Position numbers and translations under genes: made by a program
Assembly (NCBI GenBank): GCA_031411295.1
Contig: JANOAV010000194.1
Span: 1 to 17,646, forward strand
From: Verrucomicrobiales bacterium
GTDB lineage: Bacteria; Verrucomicrobiota; Verrucomicrobiia; Verrucomicrobiales; V1-33
DNA: 17,646 nt
Reading direction: 5' to 3'
Notes under the pieces: generated by a model
Seen by the model: the letters and a program-made list of their open reading frames with translations, nothing else
What the model was told of the DNA's origin: nothing
Databases searched by the model: none
Shown here: positions 1 to 9,800 of the stretch, one piece after another
How positions within the stretch are numbered: position 1 is the stretch's first letter
Layout: every line of letters starts with the position of its first letter

Positions 1-119
1 TGCGGCGAAATTGGAAAAGAATGCGGGAAGCGGCAGGGAGTTATGGGGCATCCGCCCAATCCATCAGAAGCTGGCAGGGCGCCATGGGAAATTACAGAAT
101 TCCAGATATTTTTGAATCC

Positions 120-854
120 TTAAAGGCATTGGCCTAAAGGCGGAACTCCTAGCGTTGGGAGTTGGAGTTTCACCTTTGGGCGGTTTGGTGAAGCTGTGCG
201 AGGGAGGTCGCCTAAAGGCGGAACTCCAAGCGGGCGGCGGCGTGAGAGAGCAGCGGCGGCTCCGGCACAGAGCAGGAGCGCGCCGCTGGGCTCTGGGATG
301 GGAAATCCGGCTGCGATGGCTTGGCCTGGAATGGTTTCGTAGGCGTAGCTGGTGATGCTGCCGGCTCCGGTGTTGTTGAAGGTGACTTGGAGCCAACCGT
401 AGCAGATGTCTGCGGTGGGGCTGGACTGCATTTGGAAGCCGATGTAGCCGATGCTGTTCGGTTGGAACTGATCGGCTGCGGGTCCCATGTGCTTGTCGCT
501 TCCACTTTGGCCTGGGGCGTAGGTCCGGGTGTTGTCGATCATGGTGCCGGGAGCCAGATTGACAATCTGGTCCGCTCCTTTAATGACAGGGCGGAGGTAG
601 AGGGAATTCCCCACATACACTCCACCCTGAAATGGATTCATCCACGGCTCCAGGTTCCAGTTGACCGGCTCACTGCCAGCGGTGGCTCCAGTGAAGACAT
701 TGAGATACAAACCAGCATGATTCTGCGGGATCGGAATATTGCTAGTCACGGTTAAGATGACGGCAGCCTTGGCGGTGCCGGGTAGCAGCAGCGCTAGCAA
801 ATAGAGCGTGAAGTGATGTTTCATGAGAATGGGCGGTAAACTTCGGGTCTTCAT
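120..854 (-). CDS. PEP-CTERM sorting-domain exported protein (start at ATG 854 or ATG 824; the ORF track start is GTG 869)
   Basis: Signal peptide (MKHHFTLYLLALLLPGTAKA|AVI), a beta-rich body, then IPEPSGALLLCAGAAAALSRRR (PEP motif, hydrophobic helix, Arg cluster). An atypical 37-aa extension follows and is largely encoded by repeats. Confidence 0.85.
   Translation of the reverse strand: MKTRSLPPILMKHHFTLYLLALLLPGTAKAAVILTVTSNIPIPQNHAGLYLNVFTGATAGSEPVNWNLEPWMNPFQGGVYVGNSLYLRPVIKGADQIVNLAPGTMIDNTRTYAPGQSGSDKHMGPAADQFQPNSIGYIGFQMQSSPTADICYGWLQVTFNNTGAGSITSYAYETIPGQAIAAGFPIPEPSGALLLCAGAAAALSRRRPLGVPPLGDLPRTASPNRPKVKLQLPTLGVPPLGQCL
132..232. repeat. REP/BIME-like cluster of three alternating copies of CGCCTAAAGGCGGAACTCCAA
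   Basis: Forward copies at 132-149 and 209-229. Inverted degenerate copy at 162-182 (18/21 match). Each intact copy contains the short palindrome GCCT-AA-AGGC. Confidence 0.8.
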
Positions 855-869
855 CGTTACAATTTTCAC

Positions 870-3800
870 TTACGGAGTGCTGACAGCGACCCGGAAGAAG
901 TGCACTTTCTTGCCATTGAGGAAGGGCGGAAACGGCACGCTGACGATCTCATATTGGCCCGTGCCATCCACGGCTAGCACGGTGGGGGTGACGGGGCTGT
1001 CCACCCAGAAGCTCATGTCCGAGCTGAATTGGGCGGTGTAGGTCAATTCGGCTGCGACGCGGTCTGTGCGGCGGGAGAAGATCCCGCGGAAGTCGAGGCT
1101 GAATTGCGTTGGCTCATAGCGCACGAAGGGCATGCCACCGCTGCCGTAAGTGGCGGCGGCAAAGGTGCCGTTGAGCTGCAGGGCGGGTTGGCTCGAGATC
1201 ACAGGATTCATGTCGAAGGCGAAATTCAGGATGTTAGGCGCTCCGTTCGCACCGGTGGGTGCCGTGCCGATGCTGTAGCCATTGGCCCAGAGTTCGTAGA
1301 TCGTTTTGGTGCGGAACAGGGAACTGTCGGTGTAGCTGAATTCGCTGTTCACGCCGTTGTAGGCGTAGCCGCGGACGACGTAGTCGGTCCTGCGTTTGAG
1401 GTTCGCGAAATTGGCGTTGAACACGCCAGTGGTGCCGCTGATGGGGAGCTGAACCACGCCTGTGCCGCCGATTCTTGGTTCCCAACTGATCGACGCTGGG
1501 ACGAGCACGATGCCGCGCTGTTGGACGGCGGCTCCGCCGTCGAAGGTGACGTTCGCACTGACGGTGGCGGTGGTATCCGCCACATTGCTGATGGTGGGGC
1601 CAGTGATTTTTGGCAGGGTGGGATCGATGATGATTTTGATTAGGCGCTGCTCACTCAATTGAACTCCGCCGTTGGCTGTGCCGCCGTTGTCTTGGACTCG
1701 CACCGTGGCGTTCGTTTCGCCAACGCCAGTGCCCGTGGGGGTGAAGCGCAGCGTGCCGCTGGCGTCGATGTTAGGCTGGGCGGAGAACAACCCTGCGTTG
1801 TCCACGCCATTGAGAATGGGCGTTACGGTCTGGGCGGCTTCGGCTCCGGGGCCGCCGGACAGGTTGGTCACGAAGTTGGTAAATGTCCGTGGTCCGGCAT
1901 CGATCGGCACGCGGATGATCGTGGTGCCGATGTTGTAGGTGGGCGCTTCGTTGATGTCGATGACGTTGATGGCGAGCGCTTGTTCATAGAGACCGCCATT
2001 GCCGTCGTCAGCCCGGACGCGGATGCTGTAGCTGGGCTGCGTCTCGAAGTCAGGGCTTACGGTGAGCTTAAGCGTGCGAGACCCAGAGATGGCGAAGAGC
2101 GCGTTATCAGTATCGCCTGCGCCTGATACGAGCGCGAAGCTGTGGATCTGACCGTTGTTCGTATCCGTGGCAGCGAGCGTGCCGATGGTTGCATTCGGCG
2201 GGCTGTTTTCTAGCACGCTGACTTCACTGAGCGCGATGGCCGTGGGCGCGCGATTTTCAATAGTGATGGTGAGCTGCCGTTGCGTGCTAGTGTTCTCTCC
2301 ACCGTAGGAAGTGCCGCCGCCGTCTTCGGCCCAGATGGTGAGGTGCGCCACCCCGCTCCTGCCGCCTGCCGTGAAGGTCAGATCACCTGCGGGGCTGAAC
2401 TGTGGCTGCACGGTAAAGAGCGCGTTGTTGTCGTTATAGGTGATGAACCAGACCCCTTGTGCAAGGGGCTCATTGGGGCCTACGGAAATATTTACCAGTG
2501 CACCCGGCAAGCTGAACGGACCTGCGCCAGCATCAATGTTGATGGATGAATTGGAGGTGTAAATGAAGCCATCGGTGTCCACGGCGGCAAGTTTCAAGCC
2601 ATCCGCAGAGCTGGCCACACCCGCCCACTGGCGGTTGCTATCGCGTGCGGTCCAGGTGGCGCCTGAATCATCGCTGGTGTAAATTTTATCACCCCGCGCT
2701 GAGGCCACCATGCGCGTGCCGTTGTTAGAGATGGCGACGGATGACCATTGCCGTGCGTTCTCCGTGGGCGTCCAGGCGACGCCTGCATTGTGGGAAACGT
2801 AGAGTTGCCCGCCTTCCTCAGCCGCCAGCAAATGGGTTCCGTTTTGAGAGGAGGCGATGGCTTTCCAGTTGCGCAAGCTCTCACGGGCCGTCCATGTGGT
2901 GCCGTTGTCTGCTGAAGTGAAAATTTGCCCACCATGGACCACGCCGATGATCAGGCTGCCATCGGGTGAGATGGCCACATCAGTCCAGTCTTGCGAAGGC
3001 GAGGCTGCGGTCCAGGTCACGCCACTGTCGGTGGAAATGTGGATCAGGCCACTGCGCCATGGGATGTTGTTGTCAGCTTTGATCACGGCCATGATGGAGG
3101 CATTCGCAGACATCGCGACCGCCACGTAATCATTGCTATAGTCTGGATCATAGGACCAAGTGAGGCCACCATCGCGCGAAATGGCGAAGTAACCAATTTT
3201 TGGCGTGCGGAGCAGGGTTTGTCCGTCTGCGGAACTGGCAATGTCGGCAAACAAATCAATGCCATCGGCGGCCCAGGTCTCTCCCCGGTTCGTCGTCCGA
3301 TAGATTTGGTAAGCACTGGCTGCCAGCTTCATGCCATCCGCAGAGGAGGCGATGGCAGACCATGGCTGCATGGTTTCGCGCGCAGTCCAGGCGCCACCAG
3401 AGATGCCCAGAGGCAGTGTAGGGGACAGATCGAAGCTGGGCGCGTCGTTTACCGACCTCACGGTGGCGACCACTCGCAGGCTCTGGGAGGCGATGCCATC
3501 GCTCACGGTCAACTCGATCTGAGCGGAGCCGGATTGATCAGGCGAGGGTGTTAAGCTCAGGGTGCGGTTCTTGCCACTGCCGCCGAGGACGATGTTTCCG
3601 GTAGGGAGGAGGGCCGGGTCCAGCGAGACGGCAGTGAGCGTGAGCACCGCGCCTGGATCTGCATCGTTCAGGGTGATGGTGTAGGGGCCGCCCGTGCTGT
3701 CTTCGAAAATGAGGCCCAGCCACGGGTCGTCGTTCGGTGGCGTGATCGAGGGCGGGGCGTTGACATTGGTGGTGGTAAACTGAGCGATGGCACCAAAGTA

Positions 3801-6800
3801 ACCGGTGCCAATGCTGTTAGTAGCGTAGCCACGGTAGCTGTAGGAAGTGTTCGGTGTCAGGCCAGTGGCGGTCACTTGGTTGATCACTCCCAGCTTCAGC
3901 GAGGCGCAGGGAAAGATGAGGACTCCGGGTGAATCAAGCAAGAGCGGTGAGCCAAGTGAGGTGGGGGCAACGATGAGGCCGTTGGCGAGCAGCGGGGCAC
4001 CATAACTGCTATCCACCTTCACGCCCAAGTCTGCCGTGACGTTGGTTCTTCCGAATTCCGAGAGGATAGTAACGACTGGCACTGCCGACAAGACGGTGAT
4101 CGTAAAAGTGTTAGTCGGACCGACATCGATGCCGCCATTGGCGGTTCCGCCGTCGTCGGATGCCCGCAGGGTGATGTTGGCAGTGCCTGCGGCATAACCA
4201 GGCGTGAAGGTAAGCGTGCCCGTCGCATCGAACGTGGGCTGGTTCAGGAACAGGGCTGGGTTGGAGTTACTGATGACAGTGGTTCGCACGGCCTGGGCGC
4301 TTTCATTGGCTGGGCCGGCACTGAGGCTAGTAGCGAAGGCCGAGCGTGTCTGCAGGCCACTGCCTGCGGTCACGTTGATGGCAAAGTTACCGCCGCCAGC
4401 GCCTGCGGGGATGACCAAGCTAGGCGCGTCATTTACGGGAGCCACCGTGAGGGTAAAAGTCTCGGTGGTGCGCTGCGTGCAGTCATCCACCGTGATGGTG
4501 ATGTCCGTGCTGCCAAACTGGTTTGCTAGCGGCACCGCGCTGATGGTGCGACTACTGCCGCTGCCCCCTAGGGTGAGGTTGGCATTGGGCACGAGCGTTT
4601 GATTGCTGGAGGTGGCGCTCACGTTGAAGGCGGCCCCAACATCGGCATCCGTGATGGTGAAGGCCACCGGTGCGAGCACCGCATCTTCATAGATGGTTGG
4701 ATTAGCAATGTCCGACACCACCGGACGCGCGCCCACGCTGTTGCGGTAAATGGCGTCGATCTCCGGGGCAGTGAGCACGCGGTTGTAGAGCCGTGCTTCG
4801 TCGATATTGCCAGCGAAGTTTTGGAAACTGCCGTCCGGGAGGCCGGCACCGATGACCAAGTCGTAGTTCTGATCCGACACAGCGAAGTAAGGGTCCGAGC
4901 CCTGTAGAACGCCGTCAACATACAGTTTGACTCCACGCGAGGCGGGGTTCGAATCGAAGCTCATGGCCACGTGGTGCCAGAGGTTGTCATTGAGATCGAG
5001 GCTCCTAGTAGTGACATTGCCATAAGTAAAGATGTGCGAGAGCAGTTTGTTGCCATCCAGATACAGGCCATAGGCATATTGTTTGACGATGATGGCTTGG
5101 AAGGCGCTACTGCTGGTCCTGACCCAGGCATCGACGGTGCCCGTGCTGACCTTTAGGCTGCTGTCGTTGCCCACGCGGACATATCTGCCGCTCGCCCCAG
5201 TGAGGCTAAACGCTTGATTCACCTTGCCTGCGGTGTAGCTGCCTAAGTTCAGTGTTCCGTTATTGGAGCCAATGCTGTCGTTGGCGTTGGTCTCACCTTT
5301 CCACCAACTCACCGCCCCGGACGGCACGCTTCCCGGTGTGCCCAGCGTGGTGAACGTGCCCGTGACGCTGCTGTAGCTCGTGCCTGCGCTGTTAATCGCA
5401 TACGGGCGGAAATTGTAGGCAGTGCCGTTGCCCAGGCTGCTGGCGGTCACGGTAAATGCCCCCGTGGTGCCGGTGGCGGGCCATTTCACCACCCCCAGAC
5501 CATCGATCACGGGCGTGCCGCTGCCTGCCATTACCACCACACCGCGTTCTGTGACCGCCAGGCCACCATCGCTGCTAACGAATCCGCTCAAGCGAGCGCT
5601 CGTGACCGTGACATCGCTAGCCGCCGGGTTATTGACCGTGGGCACGCCGCCACTGACCACAATGCTAAAGCTGCGGGTGGGCGTGCTAGTGTCATTGCCA
5701 CCATTGGCCGTGCCACCGCTGTCCCGCGCGAAGAAACTGACCGTAGCCGTGCCAGCAGCGTTGCCGGGAGTGAACGTAAGCGTTCCCGCCGCATCAATGC
5801 TTGGCGCGATGCTGAAGAGATTCGTGTTGTCATTAGTCACGATGAAACTCACCGTCTGAGCGCTCTCGTTGGGCCCCGCAGAAAGGCTGGTGGCGATCCC
5901 ATTGCGCGTCTGCGGACCAGCCCCAGCGGCAACATTAATGGTGCCAGGAGCAGTGTAAGTAAACGTGGGTCGATCATTTATCGGCTGCACGGTGACCACG
6001 AAAACGTCCGTAGCCGTCAAGGCTCCGTCACTCACTGTCAGGGTGATCGTGGCATCGCCAAACTTGCTGACCAGGGGCTGGAGGCTCATCGTGTAATTAT
6101 CGCCAGATTTCGTTAAGACGACGCTGGCGGGCGGGAGCAAGGCTGGGTTGTTGGAACTAACCGTGACCGTGAGCGTGCTGCCAGCGTTGGCATCAGCGAC
6201 AGAGAACGAGCGGGTGTTATCGGTCCCATTTTCTAACATCGTTACATTAGCAACATCGGTGATCGTGGGGGCCACAGCGCCCTGCGTGGTTTTGAAGGTG
6301 CTAGTGGCGCTGCTGTAGGTGATGCCCGCTGCGTTGCGGACCCAGGCCCGATAGTTGTAGTCGGTATTGGCGGTCAAATTGGTGGGCGTAAAGCTCATCG
6401 GACCCAGCCCGCCTGCAGAGCCGAGCGGAGCAGTGACCGACGTGCTATTGGCCTCCGTGGGAACGGCAACAGTAGCCAGCGCATAAACGAAGCCTCTAGA
6501 TAAAATGGTGCCGCCGCCATTGCCCGTGACCTCAGCGCTAAAGGTAACCGATGTCGTGGCAACATTAGAGTGCGTGGCATTGCTCACCGTCCCTGGGGCC
6601 GGTGTGATGGTAATCACGAAGGTCTGTGACGCACTCAAGTCCACCCCGCTATTGGCCGTGCCTCCGTTGTCCTGCGCGAGCAGAGTCACGGTAGCGGAGC
6701 CAGCGGTGTTGCCGGGTGTGAAGATCACGGAATTCCCACTCACTGCTGGCTGCACGCTGAAGAGGGCATTGTTATTATTGGTGACGATCATGGTCACGGT

Positions 6801-9800
6801 CTGCGTGGATTCATTGGGAGGAACACCAGGAGATCTGCTGGAGACCACATTTGCGAGCGTCTGCACGCCGGAATTTACCGCACGGCTAACCGAACCGGGA
6901 GCGCTGAACCCAAAGCTAGGCATATCGTTCACGGGATTGACCGTGACATTGAAAACATCCGTCGCAGTGGCCGCGCCATCACTAACCGTCAGCGTAATGG
7001 CCGTGGAGCCAAAGGCATTGGGCACAGGTGTCACTGACACCGTGCGGCTCGTGGCGCTGCCGCTGCCAGTGAGAACGATGTTTGCATTCGGCACTAAAGC
7101 GGTATCGCTAGACGTGGCGCTCACGGTAAACACCGCGCCAGCATCGGGGTCCGTGATGGTAAAGGCGATGGCTCCCGTGTTGCTGTCTTCATTGATCACC
7201 CGATCCAAGATATCGCTGATCTTGGGCGCGATGTTCAACGGCAACGTGGTGAAAGTCCCGGACGGGCTGTAGCCCGTGCCCCCCGCCGTGTTGGAGGCGA
7301 AGGCGCGGTAGGTGTAGGTCGTGTTCGGGCTCAACGCGGTGGCGTTGACCGTGAACGCACCCGTAGTTGCAGAACTGGCGAGCAGTTTGGTCACGCTCGT
7401 GGTCGTGCTATTGAGCGCAGGTGCACTGCTGCCTGCAACTAGCACCACGCCCCGCTCCGAGAGTGTGCCACCGTTGGTATTGGTGACATTGCCGCCGAGC
7501 GTGGCGCTCGTCTGCGTGATGGCGGTGTGGGTGGGTGCAGTCACGGTTGGATCCGGCGTGGGCGGTGGTGGTTGGGTTGCGAAATGCAGGTTTGCAGCAC
7601 TGACCACGCCGCCAGATTTCGTGTTATTCCAATGGTCTGTGAAACGCAGTTTCCAAATACCCGCGAGAGGTTTGTTTTTGAATGTGGTGATGAGGGAGGT
7701 CGTCGCACCATCCAGTTCCGGGGTATAGCGGCCTGAAGGCACCGTTCCGCCCGTAGTCGCAGATGCCGCTGCACTCAGCGTTCCCACCCCAACATCCCCG
7801 AAGAAATAGGGGCCCGCTAGGTCGGAGTCATCGCCAGTGAATGTCATGTCCTGTCCGTTGATCTTTACGGTGTATTTCAATTTCTTCATCGACAGCACTG
7901 TCAGCACGGTGTTGTCAGGGGCCACGAGACGCGCAATGATGTCGGTGCAAAACGGATGTGCTGGGTTCAGCGTGAAATCGACCACCAAATCGGAAACCGT
8001 GCCGGACTGCCCGGTGAGATCAAATAATATTTCCCTCGGCGGCCCTTCATAGTTTGTGTAGCCCTCTGGCCCAGTGCTCTCCGGAATGGCTCCTATGCCC
8101 GTGCCCGCGACTTTCTCCAGTGTATAAACCGTGACCAAGTATTTCTTTTGCCAGCCAGCGTTAGTCACCTGAATCTCCACGAAGTTCCGCCCCCCCAGCA
8201 GCGGCACGTTCAATGCCGTGCCCGAAGTGAAACTGGCTGACGTGCCACCATTGACGCTCCATTTGAGGGTGGCTGAAGGCGAGGACGCCGTGGGTTGCAG
8301 CGAGAGACTCGTGGCTCCAAGCAATGTCATGGAGTAGTCCGATGTCCCTACCGAGAACGCCGGCGAGAGCGCGCCTTTGCTGGGATTCAGCGAGGCGAGG
8401 TCGGCATTCGGCGTGGTGATTTTCACATCCGCCCAACGGTCGGCCCCCGATCCCCCAACATCAATGGTTTCGATCTCAACGCGACCGATGCCAGTCGCTC
8501 CGGTGGGGTCTAAGAACTTCTTACCCTTGAGCAGGAGGCCATCCCGGGCGTCGCTATTGGCGCTGCTCCCCGGCGTGGAATCGAGGAAGCAACTGCCTTG
8601 AGGCGAGCCAATATCGTCCCCCCACTGAACCGCCACGCCATCCCTCTGCGTGAGAGGAATGACCTTGTTGCCATAGCCATCAACAGCCTCATTGAAAACC
8701 GTGCGTGTATCCAGCCAGTAATCACGGCGGTTCGGCCCACCAGCGTCCGATTTCTGAACAGGGATGCGAATGCCGTATTTTCGGCTTGAGTTGAGGACGC
8801 CGCCAGCATCATGGGCGTAGATCTTGACCGTCGTCGTGGAATCGACCGTCTGAATGTTCGTCTCCGGAATCCAGCCCAACAGGTATTTGTAGTTAGCGCT
8901 GTAGTGGGCCGTTTCACCCCCCACACCAAGTGGATCAAATGGGCTGCCGTAGGCTTCGAAATAACCAGCCGGATCCAGTGGGTCCAGGCTACCAGCAGAT
9001 CGCTCCCAGATGCCTGCGTGATTCAAACCGAGCGCATGTCCAATCTCGTGATGGAATAGCCTGATATCAAATGGCTGTCCTGCGGAAACGTTGCACCACA
9101 TGCCCTTGGCTCCTTGGTTCGCCAAACCGGAAAAGGGAAACACTTTCTGGGTCACGCCTCCCCGGATGAATTTGTTCTCGTAAAACACCACGTCGAACTC
9201 GAAATTGGCGGTATCCCAGGTCACACTCTGGATCTCCTTCGCCTTGGCGCGTGCGTCTGCCAGCAGTTGATTCCCCCTATCATTGAGATCGTTATATTCC
9301 GCCTGGGTTTTTGGCAACGTCAGCACTGAGGTAGCCACCATGTCAGCCGCATTCGATGTCGGGCCACCAAATCCACATCGGCCATAAGAAGCCTGCCGCA
9401 GCCAGATGTCCGTTGCGATCAGGCCAGCCTGTGCTGCCGCTTGGGTGAGCACAGGCGTCTGGCCACCCGTGATGGTAGGGTCAACCTTGAATACCACGGG
9501 CATGGCCAGAATGCGATTGCTCGTTGTTGAGTTGCGGTAAGCCCGGAAATTGGGTCCACCACTTGTCCCAACGGGTGGACCACCGAAAGCCAGTTTCCAG
9601 GGGATCATCTCGTTAGACAGAGCCGCAGCGGAGGACGCATAATAGACACCTTCACCAGACTCCATCACCACTGGGTCTGTCATCGACTGAGAACCTCTTA
9701 GATCAACCACGATGCGCTTGCCCACCGTTGGTTGCTCGCCTATTTCCAGCAAGCGCAGCGGGCTGGCCAACACAGCCAAGTGTCGATCCAGCACGATCCC

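Noticed and set aside
1..119. Possible terminator or RNA gene at the left edge
   Set aside because: No convincing hairpin plus U-tract or tRNA/rRNA-like structure is visible.
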